From NCBI GenBank assembly GCA_951406725.2, contig OX597837.1:17732001-17796000 (forward strand): a stretch of DNA of 64,000 bases, written 5' to 3'. The position numbers were made by a program, and so were the translations under genes. The notes beneath the pieces were generated by a model. That model searched no databases. It had not been told where the DNA came from and saw only the letters and a list, made by a program, of their open reading frames with translations. Shown here one piece after another: positions 13,537 through 27,606 of the stretch; position 1 is the first letter of the stretch, and each line of letters opens with the position of its first letter. Origin of the DNA: Octopus vulgaris (lineage: Eukaryota).

Positions 13537-14829
13537 TATATTGATTGTTACTTGGACTCATTTAAATCAAGGTACCTTAAAAACAAGGACACCAATTTAT
13601 GGTCGAGATTAGGTCACCTGCATATATATTATAGATGGACACACATGCATATATAAATGCATACACAGACATGTTTCAACACTTACATACATAAGCATAT
13701 AAACAAATTAATATACACATCCATGTAAATATACATGTGTATGAAATTATACACACAGCTGCAGGCTGGTATGCAGTATCGTGATCCACTGTGAGTTCCA
13801 GGTCCAATGCAGGGAAGGTTCCAGATGTGCTATTTACATAAAGAAAGGACACAAATGGGTTAACATTCACTACAGCTGTTTTAGACACATTTTTACTGAT
13901 TACATCAGGGAGGTGGGGAGACGTTTTCTTCAGGTGAATTAAAAACTTAACCGTTTAAAATTTAAAGTTTAGTTTAGAGAATACTGAGCCGTCTCTCTCA
14001 TTGTGGTGATAAGTGAGAAAGCGACTCCAACATCTCTGTATCATCAGATATTATAAACCTGTCAACAACTTGTCAGCAGAGAAGGCCAACACTGAATTAT
14101 TTCTATCAAATAGATGGTGAGAGATAAATTATAAAAGAGGGAGCCCTTCTTTTATGATCTATCTCTAACCATCTATTTAATACAAATAATCTCACCAACA
14201 GGCATAGCATATACTTAAAGACATTGGATAATGCAGTGCAGTCACCTAGAGATTGAGTCCAGTCCCACACAAAGCACTAAGGTAATTCACATAATTCAAC
14301 TAAAGCCAAAAATGTGAAACACAGGAGCAGGATGAAAACAGTGTACCCCTGTAAATCAAATAAAGGGAGAGGCTTGAAATTCCAATACAACAATCAAGTT
14401 CAACACAAGACATCCAAAGAAGGCTGGAGTTTATGACAGCCTAACCATAGTGAAAGTAACAATCAAGATGAGTCAATATGATCGACTTCAACTCTCTCAG
14501 AACTTTGTGGTCTTGTTAGTAACATCAGAAAACAATATTTTTGCTAAATGTTTTGGTGAGTAGTATAGAAGAAAAAGTAAGAATTGTCAAACATGATGTA
14601 AAACTCTATATTTAAAAGATGATTGAAGCAGGGTACGTGACACCAGCCACCTTGGAGGATTATGGGCCATTTCAATCTTGACAAAAACAAGTTTTATAGA
14701 TCACTTGAAAAATTAAAATATGTTTCTTAACCTAAAATTTTTTATATTTGACTTGTTTTAGTGAAAGACAATGTCAATTATCAAATGGTATAGGAAGCGG
14801 ACAAGTTTATTTAACATTATATAGGATTC

Positions 14830-15040
14830 AAATTTTGGCACAAGGCAAGCAATTTCGGAGGAGGGGTTAAGTCAATTAGATTGACCACAATACTCAACTG
14901 GTACTTATTTTATCAACCCTGAAAGGATGAAAGGCAAAACTGACCTCAGTGGAATTTGAACTCAGAACATTAAGGCAGATGAAAAGTTGCTAAGCATTTT
15001 GCCTGGCACACTAATGACTCTACCAGCTCACTGCCTTTAT
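14830..15040 (-). mobile_element. SINE family B, near full length
   Basis: Same head and body as 955-1112 plus the 3' CCTTGTGCCAAAATTTG end. Confidence 0.75.
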
Positions 15041-17719
15041 CTATTATCAATTATACTGCTTTACAGCTTCAAAGGCAACATCAGACTCTGTCGATATTTG
15101 ATGCAAGAGCTAAAGTTTGCCACTACATTGCAACAAGACTACTATGAACTGGAATAAAAGCATCCCTTATTTTGCCATGTTTCTATTTCAAGAGGTTTGA
15201 TAAAATATACTTCTTTACTGTTGACAAAATATACCATGCAAACCAATTACAAAGTCTGCAATCAATAAGGAACCATTGATTCAAGTCAGAAACAGAAAAT
15301 GTGCAACCTCCAGGAAACCTGTTAGATATTGTAACTGGCATAGTATATATATATATGTATGCACGAGTGTGTGTGTGTGTGCTAAATCACAGGCCTTGCT
15401 AGATCCATTGTTCAAGGAGATAGTTTCAGAACAGGAGAAAGAGGAAGAAAATGGATAGATGAATGAAAGGAAGGAAAAGAGGGAGAGAGAGATAGGAGGG
15501 GAGGTGTATAATGAGAATGGAAGATAAATTTCCAAAGGCAGTGTGAAAGATTGTTTAGTAATTATCAATAGTTTTCTAATAGGCTGTCAGGCTTTTGGAG
15601 TAAAAAGTCAAAACACACAAATTCCAGGTCCAATTATTCTCCTCTGAATCAAGAATTATTCAGTAACCACAAAGTGGTAATTAGTCTCTGTGGTACTCAC
15701 AACTGTGTAAATGCTTGTCACTATACATAGGCATACACGCGTCTTCTCCTCCTCTTCTATGAACTGCAAACTATTCTTGTACTACAGCATATGGCAGTGT
15801 TTTTTCCCTTTATTTTACCAAAGCTGTCAAAGAGCCACATCCAATTTACATATTCATTCCTTTCTTCTGTGAAATGTCACAAAGTTAAAATACATGATGG
15901 CATTCTTCTTTCATGCTATAAACTTTATACTATCAAAATTTCCTGTCAAATTAGACTTTGTTTTATTCAGTAAATAATTATTTCAGACAGGTAATTTGTC
16001 TTATATAATAAACTTTAATTAGACATTTTCATTAATTGTTATATCCTAGTATCACTTGGATAGTTCTGTAAATTAAAGCATTTTACATCTATTGTTAAAG
16101 TAGATATTTTTACTTGTTATTTTTACACCTGGATGCACTTTCTAGACACAAATCATGAAGTAAAAATTAAATTTCTATATTTACATTTAGAAGATAGTGT
16201 GTTTGTATACACCAAGTTCTGGATTCAAATCCTGACATGGCTAGCATTTTGTCTTTGTATTTTTTAAATTTTTTTTGATAATTACAATAGGAGAGGTGAT
16301 TCAATCAAATATATACTTTCAGATAGAAGAAATTTGAATGACGTAAAAATATAGAAATTTCTAGATAGTTTTATTTCTGTGATAACATATCACTTAGAAC
16401 ATGGAAAAATGAATACTTTAACAGCACTAGACACACACACACATGACTGAGTGATTAAGAAGTTTGATACACAAAATGGTTTCAGGTTCAATCCAATTGC
16501 ATGTTACTTTGGTAACATTTGTTTATATCCCACATGAACAATGTCTCACAACTAGGCAGTTTGATAGGCAAAGATTAGCAGAATAAATGACCTTACTTGA
16601 AAACAAGTAAGGGGATCCAGCTATAGAATACAGTGTCAAACAGTCTCATCCAATCAATGCCAGCATGGGTTAGACTTGATTTTATCAACCCCCCAAAAAT
16701 GACAAACTTAGCTTTAGCAGAATTTTGATTCCAAAAGTAAAATGTTGTTGCTTAACACCACAAGGCATTAACAATTCTGATGCACTAACAATTCTGCCAG
16801 TTCTTGACAGGAAACTTTTTTTTAGAAGGCTTGGATTGATCCTAGTATCTTATTGGTAAATTTATGAGTTTAGTGAATTATTGTTCAGTTTTACTGGTTT
16901 TGAACTATTATAAAATGATATAAATACTTTTAAGATTTTCCTTTCTTCTAAATAATTTTATCAGTCTATATTACTTCATAAGTACAATAGCACAGCTGAT
17001 TGGGAAGTGAATTAAACATCTTGTCATTTTGTATATCTATGATAAACATTGCTGTCACATTTCATTTTTTGAAAGACAAGACAGTGTAATATGAGGAAAA
17101 TTTGACTGCTATTTTTAACTGAATAAACGACCATGTCACTCATCTTTCCCCTCACACCAGGCCACTACACATCATTGTCTGTTTTGGCATGATTTCTACA
17201 GCTGGATGCCTTCCTAATACCAATTACTTTACAGAGTGTACTGGGTGCTTTTTCTGTGGCAACAGCACCAGTACTTTTGACCAGTGTTTTGTATGTAGCA
17301 TCAGCAATGTCAAGATCACCAAGTACCTTGCAAGACAGAGAAAAAAAGACAAAAAAGACAAAAACTCCTCAACTGGAGTGGAGAGTAGTATTTAGAGGGG
17401 TGGTTTTATGCCAGTCGAGAGATTAAAGGTATAGAGGGACAGAGATAGGTGTTTTGCTGTAGATACACACATACCCTAGTTGGAAAGGAGAGTGAGATAA
17501 GGAGAGCAAATCCCTTCCTCGAGTGTTTGTTCCTTTAAATTCATATTATGCCAGTATTCAGCAATTTCCTTTTCTTCTAGCATCTTCCATTAAACTCAAT
17601 TTGTGATGCTCAAGTTTACAGCAGTGCTATAACATCACATCATACAGTTTATCCTTCATACAGGTGTGGAGAGAAGGTGGGGAATTGCAGGGAGAAAAGA
17701 AAAATGAATATTAGCAATT

Positions 17720-18290
17720 GTAGTAATGTTGTTGATGTTAATGATAGTGATAATGATGGTAGTGATGATGGTAATGATGATAGTGATGGTGATGATGGGC
17801 AAGTGGAAGAAGAAGAAGAAGAAGAAGAAGAAGAAGAAGAAGAAGAAGAAGAAGAAGAAGAAGAAGAAGAAGAAGAAGAAGAAGAAATGGTTATTGTGGT
17901 GGGGGTGCTGGTACTGCTGCTCCTGGCAATGGTGCTTGTGCTGCTGCTGCTACTGCTTCTGCTGATGACAATCCTCCTCGTCATCATCATGGCACTATGG
18001 AGATAATGATTATGGCGAGAATGATGATAATGATGGTGATAAAACATAATTACTTTGTTGTCAACAAGGAAGCTAAAGAGAAAAAAAATTAATTTTGTTG
18101 GCAATATGTGGAAATAATATGAATTGATCTGATCTAATACAATGACAGCAGCAGCAGCAACAGCAGCAGTAACAACAATAACAATAGCAGCAGCAACAAC
18201 AGCAACAGACACAACAGAAATAACAACAAAGAAGACATTAATAGCAACAGTAACAACAACAAAAACAGAAGCAACAATAACAACAATGTA
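17720..18290. repeat. Compound trinucleotide repeats: degenerate (GAT)n, perfect (GAA)27 at 17806-17886, (CTG)n-like and (CAA/CAG)n-like
   Basis: Read directly from the sequence. Confidence 0.95.
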
Positions 18291-18884
18291 ATGTAATAAA
18301 TTTCTTTAAAGGTGACGATCTCTGTGTAACAACAGGTTTTATTTTTTCTTCCCTTTATTACATTATTTTCCGGAAGTGGAGAGAGCAATTTTGATTTATT
18401 TTCTCAGGGATTTTTATTTTTCATTTATTTATTTTTTCGAAATTTTTTTCAGGGAAGCCTGATAGATTACCACATTGTAATTTTACAGTCTTTTAGGGAT
18501 GTCACAGTTAACTGGCAGGTCAGTAGGGTGTTGGCCTACCAGTCAAAATGTCAACAGATTCTACTTTCCCCATACAGGCAATGCCACTATAGTGTTGGCC
18601 AGTACACAACTAAACTCTCACTGGCTCCAGATCAAGTAACTGCAAAGCTTACAACCAGAAGGAGATATAATTCACATATGATATTGTTGTTTAGCCTCTG
18701 GTTTGCCCTGATTGAGCAGGAACCTATGATTAAAGGCATTTCACAGATGACTATCAATGTTTTCTACTCTTACTTAAGACAATAGGGTGTTATTTGAGGG
18801 TAGTATTTGACTACTAATTCTAGCAGATTGATGACTTCATAGAGGCCCATTATACAAAATATAACTTAGCAGTACATAGACATG

Positions 18885-19140
18885 TATTGCTGAGCTGCTT
18901 GTCAAGCTGAGAGAAGCAAACTGTCAAAGTGTTGGTTGCTCTCTGACAGATTTATGGTCAAGCCTGTAGCAATGGAGACCTCCAGCATTCTTGGCCCTGG
19001 ACCATATTCCTGCTCACTGCTCTCAAGGTGGAGATGGCAATTTGCAAGTGTGAGCCCTATGAGTCAGGGTGGCTGTGCCAGTACATCTCCTTTGCCATCC
19101 TCCAGGAAAGTACTTTTCCACTTCATCTGTTGGGACCATA
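18885..19140 (+). mobile_element. CRE-clade non-LTR retrotransposon C-terminal remnant (restriction-like endonuclease region)
   Basis: AACQAERSKLSK..LSDRFMVKPVAMETSSILGP, then a frameshift to EPYESGWLCQYISFAILQ. Resembles the AE..K..KY..F.PVA.ET.G..G / E..WL.QR.S.A..RGN pattern recalled for CRE elements. Confidence 0.5.
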
Positions 19141-19420
19141 AGGCAGTCTGAATTGCAATAAATTGAGAGAATGTAAGAATTCTGTAGCTTACTACAGTAG
19201 TTGGTCTTTATATAATTAAGAGGTCAACTGTGTTGAGCAGATAAAAAGCTATACACACTTCTAGACTTTTTGCATTATAAAGGGGAGAAATGGGATGTTG
19301 AACTGTTTATGTCGTTCCCAAGAGCATTGGTGAATGACTGCCTCTTGGAAAACTTTGATATTATGTATTACAAAATTCATAGTAAACATCATTATCAACA
19401 TGAGTAAATTTAAATAACAA

Positions 19421-19422
<2 letters not shown>

Positions 19423-19511
<89 letters not shown>

Positions 19512-19521
19512 TGTGTGTGTG
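19423..19521. repeat. (GT)n microsatellite
   Basis: About 50 GT units with one interruption. Confidence 0.98.
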
Positions 19522-19742
19522 CGTGATTGACTAATGAACAAAAGAACTGTTTCCATGAAACCTACTTACAGACTGCCTCAGTAAAAGATGATAGTGACAG
19601 CTGGTTATTTTAATGGAGATGCTGGACAACAACCTGGTCATGGTACAGCAAATGAAGAGTGATCTAGGCTCCTGTGGTTCCCTGATGCAAATGAATCAAC
19701 CAATTTCAAGATTGATTTTGGGAAATAGGTCAGACATCTGAT

Positions 19743-21335
19743 CAGCGTTGCTGATTCAAAATTTTTTTAAATGCCATTTTGATACTTAAAAGACACTAAA
19801 AAGCACTAAATAAAAGTGAAAAGTTTTAAAAATAGCACTTAAGCAAAAAATTAGATAAATAAGTGTAAATATCTGTGGTATTATGAGCCTGGCTATGTTG
19901 TAGGGAAGGATTGGAAGTGAGGAAGTAGGCATGTCCTGTTGGAAGTGGGGGCCTGTGGATCCCACTGGAAGTGCTGCGGTGGACATGTGGCATTCAGTGA
20001 AGCACAAGGGTCAGTCGGCAGCGAACAGCACATCAGGGTGGACGTGTGAGATGGAAGAGCAACGGATAACGCACATGGACATGGAGTGAACCTTGGAGAT
20101 TGTGACAGCATGTGGATGTTGAAAGTAACCCTTTCTCCAGACCGACAGGTAAGACTATCATAATTCTCTCTTCGTTTCTGTCTTTTTTCTTCCTTTACAT
20201 CACAATATTAAAGTATTTGTTAAAAATTTCAAGTCTAATTAAATGACATTAATTTAATTACTTTTACTTCATATTTTTGAAGATTTCTCTATCAATTTCC
20301 TTTGAAATTTATAGGATTTATAATTTGAGGATTTATAAGCATCTATGGATCCAATTTTCTTTGACAATTCACTAGGTAGTTTATAATCATAACATTTACC
20401 ACTTTGTTTAAGTCCATGTTCGATGTTCAAAGTTTTCCGTAGTGTTTCTATGCTTAGAAGGTTGTATTCATTTGATTTTATAAAATTCCTGTGGCTAACT
20501 GCTCTCTCCACATTAGCATTTGTGTGTAGTAAAATGAGAAGTGTTAAAGCTAACTTAGACAAATGGTCAAATGGACTTTTCCCAGTTAAATTCCTGTTTG
20601 ATATTTCAATCCTAAAAGAAACTGTCAGGAACCTGTGTCCATTGTGCATTTAAAACAATTTTTTCATTGAAGATCAGTTTTTTTTTTTCAGAATCTCTGA
20701 ATCTTCATTAAAATGGTTTTCAAGGTCTACAATTCCAGATTTTATTGGTTTGAGACATTCTGTGTTACACTAAAATAACTCATTGATTGTAAAAGATGAA
20801 AAATTATCTGGAAGATGTTGTTTAATTTACCTCTAAAACTTCCACAGCAAAATTATGCATTGGCCTCTTATCTCATTTTCTTCTTTCTCAGTAAATTTAC
20901 TCACTGGAATTTTATTCTCAAATTAATAACCAAAATAGGGTTTCAGTCTAAATAATCTTGCACTAAATTCTTTTCATTTTGCTTCTTTCCCAGCTTTATA
21001 ATTATTGTTCTTAAGATCATTCAATAATTTAGTGGGGGGGGGGGGTCTTCTGTTATTTCAAACTTTTAGTTAACTTTTTGAAATTCAGAAACAATTTGAT
21101 TTAAAATGAGAAGAAAATCTTAGGCTTTCCTGTCACCAAATTTTTCTGCTTGAATTTTTGATAGAAAATTCTAAATTTAATTCTGATTTCACTTTAATGG
21201 AAAAGCACTAACATTAGCACTAAATTATGATAAAAAGCACTAAAATTACATGGGTGCATAACTCAATGGTGTTTCACACTGAAAATAGTGAAAAGTACTA
21301 AATTTTGTAGGAAAAGCACTAACTTGGCAACCTTG
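19743..21335 (-). mobile_element. hAT DNA transposon (CAGGGTTGCCA-type ends), internally deleted
   Basis: 8-bp TSD CATCTGAT at 19735-19742 and 21336-21343. Ends CAGCGTTGC / GGCAACCTTG. Clustered subterminal AAAAGCACTAA motifs at both ends. Confidence 0.85.
20269..21080 (-). pseudogene. hAT transposase C-terminal remnant (dimerization region)
   Basis: LSKLALTLLILLHTNANVERAVS resembles LPHSNA.VER.FS. Upstream fragments PTKLLNDL, PYFGY and LPDN. Confidence 0.75.
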
Positions 21336-22914
21336 CATCTGATCAGCTATAACTGAATCAAACATTCAAAGCAGAGAGGCTTGATATTCACAAGTGGTCA
21401 TGATAGACAGATGGTTGTGAATACTAAGTCCTTCTCTGATAAAGAGTATCCTACTCAACATGTTGAACGGTACCATCTGAGTAAAGAGTTTGGTAGACCT
21501 AGGAACATAAAACAATTTGGAAAAGAAAATATGGAAACCAAAAGATTTGGGCTAGACATTGATTTAAAGAAGTATTTAATGATGTACTGAGAAAGGGAAG
21601 ATGGGAGAGAGATAAAGATCTACACTATTGATGACAGCTGGAAGTTTTATGAGATTACATACTGCAAGCCACAAACAAGATGTGTTAATGGGGCATGGTT
21701 CCAGCCAGAATGAAGATGACATCTCATACAATGAGAGAAACCTAGAAGGAAAAACAAAAAGAGCAAGGAGCAAAATCACATAGCTAGAAGAGAAGTGGAA
21801 TGTAAGAGGTATGGTAATGTGCTGTGATGTGAGGATCAGAGATGTAAGTTCTTTTATCTTTTACTTGTTTCAATCATTAGACTGCGGCCATACTGGGGCA
21901 CTACCTTAAAGAATTGTAGTTGAATGAATCAACCCCAGTACTTATTTTTTGAATTTATTTTTAAGCCTGGTGCTTATTCGATCAATCTTTCTCATCAAAC
22001 TGCTAACTTACAACACCTGTTGTCAAGTGGTAGTGAGGGACAAACACACACACACACATGAAAAGCCAAATTGAGGGAATGGAAAAGGTAAGATGTACAC
22101 ATATGTTTCTTAACCAGCTGAAGCTTATATGTAATTGTTATGCAATAAACTCTACTCAGTGTAGCTAATCATCAGGCTGCGATAACCTCAATGAAGATTA
22201 CATTGTCAATAGGAATTTCTAAGTCAACCACAACATAATGGTGAGTTCAACTAAATAGCAAAGCCAATAGTAAAAAATAAAAGAAAATTATACAACAAAG
22301 CAAAAAGCAAGAAAGTAAGTTTAGAGAACCAATGAGCAATATACCAAAGGGTGAGATCCAAAATATGCAAGTGGGTGGTTTAGAGTTGAGGAATAAGAAG
22401 GAAAGAAAGAAGAAAAAAGAAAAAGAGGATTGTTATTATTATGGGGAATGTATTGTGATCATAATTTACTGCCTGCAGCTTACAAACTTCCTACACTCAG
22501 ATCTCCAAATTGTATTTATGTATAATTTATATATATACAACAAGCTTGTTTCAGTTTCCATCTATGAAATCCACTCATAAGGCTTTGGTCCATCCAAGAC
22601 TACAAGAGAAGACACTTGCCCAAGGTGCCACATGGTGGGACAACCCAGAACATACTTCTTACTACACAGTCATGTCTACATTCTAGATTGTAAAAAAATA
22701 TGTCAGTATGAATTAGGAGGTAGCTAGCAGGAAATGAATGCACAACAAAAGTTGTGTATTCATCCTCACTAGATGTCTAGAAGGAAGAAAATATAGAAAT
22801 ATGACTATGGAAGTTTGCTGAATGAGAAAAATGCACAAGTAAGAGGGTCTACTGCACTAAGTAGACCCAAGAGACTTTCTACTGAACTCAACCGCCATAT
22901 GTTTGGAATGACTG

Positions 22915-23190
22915 CTAAACATATGAGGGCAGGGAAAGCAGCCAGACTATCTTGTATAGTAGTTGAAATGCTGCAAATGTTGGGCCAAGTAGAGCATTAA
23001 CTAGTCACTGTCATAGGCATTTAGGTAGTACAGGAAGGGATTATAGCAGCTGGTATTATTATTAACTACAACAAGAACAAAGGAGATATTCTTGAAAGAA
23101 ACATCAAATCGATTGACAAAATTGAGAAAGTAATAGAAAGAGTTATAGCAGAACTAACTATGAAGTGAATTAGTTTAGATGATATGTAAC
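22915..23190 (+). mobile_element. Old RTE RT fragment
   Basis: MRAGKAA..IVVEML, IIINYNKNKGDIL and KVIERVIA..LDDM parallel the RT N-terminus of the younger RTE copies. Confidence 0.6.
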
Positions 23191-23405
23191 TCAAGACTGA
23201 GTTAGGGTAGAACCTGAAAAGGGTTTGTTCATGCTATATTACATACTCATACCTAAGTACGTGTCTAGAGTCATATCTATATGTATTTAGTCTTACAGTG
23301 AAATTAGGCCAGTGCCAAATGCTAAGTTATGGGAATATAAACAAACCAACACTGGCTGTCAAGTGGTAGTGGAGGACAAACACAAAGACACAAAGATATA
23401 CACAC

Positions 23406-24175
23406 ATCATCATCCTCTTTTAATGTCTTCTTTCCTTGCTGGCATGGGTTGGATAGTTTGACTAAGGACTGACAAGCCAGTAGGTTCCACCAGGCTCCAG
23501 TCTGATCTAGCAAGGTTTCTACAGCTGGATGCCCTTCCTAACGCCAACCACTCCAAGAGTGCAGTGGGTGCTTTTTGTGTGCCACCAGCACAGGGGCAGT
23601 CAGGTGGCACTGGCAACAACTATCCTTGAATGGTGCTTTTTACATGCAACCAGCATGGGAGCCAGTCGAGTGGCACTGGCATTGACCATACTCAAATGGT
23701 ACTTTTCACATGCCACTGGTATGGGAGCCAGTCAGGTGGCACTGGCATGGGCCATACTCAAATTGTGCTTTTTATGTGCCACTTGCATGGGAGCCAGTCA
23801 GGAGGTACTGGCATCAGCCATGTTCGAATGATGCTTTTTGCATACCACCAGCATGGGTGCCAGTCAGGTGGCACTGGCATCAACCACAACAACGATTTCA
23901 CTTGACTCAAAAGTCTTCTCAAGCACAGCATATCTCCAAAGGTCTTGGTCATTTGTCATTGCCTCTGTGAGGCCCAGCATTTGAAGGTCATGCTTCACCA
24001 CCTCATCCCAGGTCTTCCTCTTCCACAGGTTCCCTCCACTGTTAGGGTGTGACACTTCTTCACACAGCTGTCCTCATCCATATGCAACATATGACCGTAC
24101 CAGTGCAGTTGTCTCTTTTGCACACCACATCTGATACTTCTTATGTCCAACTTTTCTCTCAGAGCACTTACACTG
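23406..24175 (-). mobile_element. RTE LINE 3' portion with about five ~63-bp tandem units in the UTR
   Basis: CGVQKRQLHWYGHMLHMDEDSCVKKC..TWDEVVKHDL. Repeated GGGAGCCAGTCAGGTGGCACTGGCA at 23565-23885. (TGA)n tail. Confidence 0.85.
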
Positions 24176-24734
24176 ATGGCTACATGACTGGCTTCTTTCA
24201 CTTTCTGCCTACCAAATCCACTCACAAGGCTTTGGTTAGCCTGGCTATGGTAGAAGACCATCATGCAATGGGACTGAACCTGGAACCATGTGCTTGGGAA
24301 GCAAATATCTTACCATCCAGTCATGCCTGCACCTATACATATATATATATATATATGTCCCTTTTTCCCTGCTGGTATGGATTGGATGGTTTGACAAGAA
24401 CTGACAAGCCAGAGAGCTGTGCAGAGCTCAGTGTCTGCTTTGACATGGCTTCTACAGCTGAGTGTCCTTCCTCACACCAACCACTTCACTGCATGTACTG
24501 GATGCTTTCTTTCATGATGCAATCCTTCAACTTGTTGAGTAACAAACTGTCCAATGACATTGGGAAATAGAAACATGATTTCTTCACATATTGTCTTCTT
24601 TAACACCTTTGTTATTTCTGTTGAAATACATTACTTTTGTTTTGTTGATGAAGGTGACGGTGTTGTTAATGATGAATTTTGAGAAACAGGATTCAAGTCA
24701 AACTTTAAAGTCACTATCAATATAATAAAAAGAA

Positions 24735-24890
24735 GTGGTTGTGTGGTAAATAGCTTGCTTACCAACCACATGGTTCCGGGTTCAGTCCCAGTGTGTGGCA
24801 CCTTGGGCAAGTGTTTTCTACTATATCTTCAGGTCGATCAAAGCCTTGTGAGTGGATTTGGTAGACGGAAACTGAAAGAAGCCTGTCATG

Positions 24891-24921
<31 letters not shown>

Positions 24922-25136
24922 ATGTTTGTGTGTCTGTGTTTGTCACCCCCATCATCGCTTGACAACCAATGTTGGTGTGTTTACGTCCCCATAACTTAGC
25001 GGTTCTGCAAAAGATACCGATAGAATAAGTATTAGGCTTACAAAGAATAAGTCCTGGGGTTGATTTGTTCAATTTAAGGCGGTGCTCTAGCATGGCCACA
25101 GTCAAAATGACTAAAACAAATAAAAGAATAAAGAAT
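24735..25136 (+). mobile_element. SINE family A, near full length
   Basis: A-box-like TGGTTGTGTGG, B-box-like GGTTCAGTCCC, CCTTGGGCAAGTG, an internal (TA/TG)n, and a TAAAAGAA tail. Confidence 0.85.
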
Positions 25137-25732
25137 GTGTAATGAGTTCAGATAATGTTTCGTCTAATTTTAATATATTTGCATATATATCAAAAACGTA
25201 CATAAGAAGATATTAACATATATGTACACACATGCACACACACAAACAAACACACACACACACACAGATAATACACACATACAAACAGACTGACGATATA
25301 TATGTTGTTTTAATGGTCTTGGAGTAGCTTTTAATGTTAGTGCCAGTTATCGAAACATTAACCTGCTATTGTTTTCCGAGATTTCTTTTAACATCACCAA
25401 GTCATTGAAGACATTAATGTAAGCTAAGTCAGTCCTTTTGAATGTTACCTTCACTGGAACTAATTTAAGTTAATTAGTAGATTAACAGACCGTACATGAT
25501 CCATATTTTTATCTTCTTCATTTCTAAATTTAAAATGAAAATATAAATAGGTATTTATGTTTTTACATTGGCATTTAAAAAATAGCATATTTATCTTTAA
25601 ATAGTTGTTTTATTTACAAACAAGGAAAAAGTCAGGCAAATTTAACAATTCCAGAAGCACTGGCACAAAATCATATTAAAAGGTCAGTAGCAATTGCTTT
25701 TTGTTTCAAAGTTTGTATAATAAACTCATGGA

Positions 25733-26119
25733 GTGGAGGCGCAATGGCCCACTGATTAGGGCAGCGGACTCGCGGTCATAGGATTGCGGTTTCGATTCCC
25801 AGACCGGGCGTTGTGAGTGTTTATTGAGCGAAAACACCTAAAGCTCCACGAGGCTCTGGCAGGGGATGGTGGTGATCCCTGCTGTACTCTTTCACCACAA
25901 CTTTCTCTCACTCTTACTTCCTGTTTCTGTTGTACATGTATTTCAAAGGGCCGGCCTTGTCACTCTCTGTGTCACGCTGAATATCCCCGAGAACTACGTT
26001 AAGGGTACACGTGTCTGTGGAGTGCTCAGCCACTTACACGTTAATTTCACGAGCAGGCTGTTCCGTTGATTCGGATCAACCGGAACCCTCGTCGTTGTAA
26101 CCGACGGAGTGCTTCCATC
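25733..26119 (+). mobile_element. tRNA-derived SINE family C, full length, with TSD
   Basis: tRNA-like head GGAGGCGCAATGGCCC..TTAGGGCAGCGGACTCGCGG..GGTTTCGATTCCC. 14-bp TSD AATAAACTCATGGA at 25719-25732 and 26120-26133. CpGs well preserved. Confidence 0.9.
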
Positions 26120-27228
26120 AATAAACTCATGGAAGAATTCATCTTTTATCATTAAAAACTTTTGGTAATTATAATGGAGAGAGGGAGATAGAGAAGAAGT
26201 GAGTGAAAAGAGAGGATGAGAAGGTGACAGAGAAAGAAAAAATTGAAAATGTGGAAGAGAAAAATATTGAAAAAGTAGAAGAAATAAATATTTTTGGTAG
26301 CTTTGTTTTTTGATGCTCCTGTGGCAAAAAATCATAAGTACATGAAGATTTCTCTTTCATGACATGATAAGAATAACTCAACCAGTCTGAGATGTCCCTT
26401 ATCCATTTTGTTGGCCACAACTAGACATTTAGACATGAAGTATAAATGGGAATTGAAAACACCACCAAGCAGTTTCCTTTCACTTTTACAATGTGCACCG
26501 CCTTCTAGTTCTACAATGTGCACCACTTTTCCCACTGTGCTTCTTGGTCCAGTTCTTCAATAAGCACAATTTTTTTGCCAGGTTTAGTGTACATTCAATC
26601 CTATATAACCCTACTTTTTGCATACCCTTTAACAATTATTCCCACAAATTCTGTTAGCCATCATTTTATTTACACAAGCACAAAAATACAGTTGAAAAAT
26701 TATAATTAACTTAAGAAATCAATAGTATTATTGTTCTACATGTCAGCTTTCTCATATTAGGGAATTTAGTTTCTTTATGGTGATAGCATTGGTGACTAAG
26801 TGGCTTTGAAGTTTTTGGTTCTGATGGTGATGGAACACTCTGACTTGGTATGGTTTTGGGCTTCTGCTTCAAACAATTTGGGTTCAATTCCAGTGGCTTT
26901 CAGTATTGTTTTGAGTTGGTCATTGTATTTTTGAAGAGGACAACTCCACAACACTGAGTAAATTTGTTATCTGGTAAAATTGGAATTAAATATTTCACAC
27001 TAAATCCTATAATGGGCCACAATATCACATGACTCACCTCATCTTCCCCACCCCCATTCCAAACCTGTCCTCTATTCTCCTCTGTTCCAGAAATTACCTC
27101 TTCTGCTTTCTTTATTCCTGTGATTTTGTTATTTTAGTTGAATTGAGAAATTTCCTGCATATATATCTAAATATATATATATATATAACAAATGAAAACT
27201 ACCAGGTGTAAACCATTCATTTTATTAT

Positions 27229-27288
<60 letters not shown>

Positions 27289-27370
27289 GTAGGGAATATA
27301 ATTCCAAAACTTACAGGGAAAAATTCAATTCAACAATTTTAAATTAAATTTCACAATATATAATATATTA

Positions 27371-27570
27371 CTCTTTACTCTTTTACTTGTTTCAGTTATT
27401 TGACTGCGGCCATACTGGAGCACCGCCTTTAGTCGAGTAAATCGACCCCGGGACTTATTCTTTGTAAGCCCAGTACTTATTCTATCGGTCTCTTTTGCCG
27501 AACCGCTAAGTGACGGGGACGTAAACACACCAGCATCGGTTGTCAAGCAATGCTAGGGGGACAAACACAG

Positions 27571-27606
<36 letters not shown>

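Noticed and set aside
17649-18388. Poly-E, poly-K, poly-S and poly-L ORFs
   Set aside because: These are translations of trinucleotide repeats with no splice or homology support.
25733-25810. tRNA gene (Arg-like)
   Set aside because: The cloverleaf is incomplete, and the sequence continues into a SINE body bounded by a 14-bp TSD.
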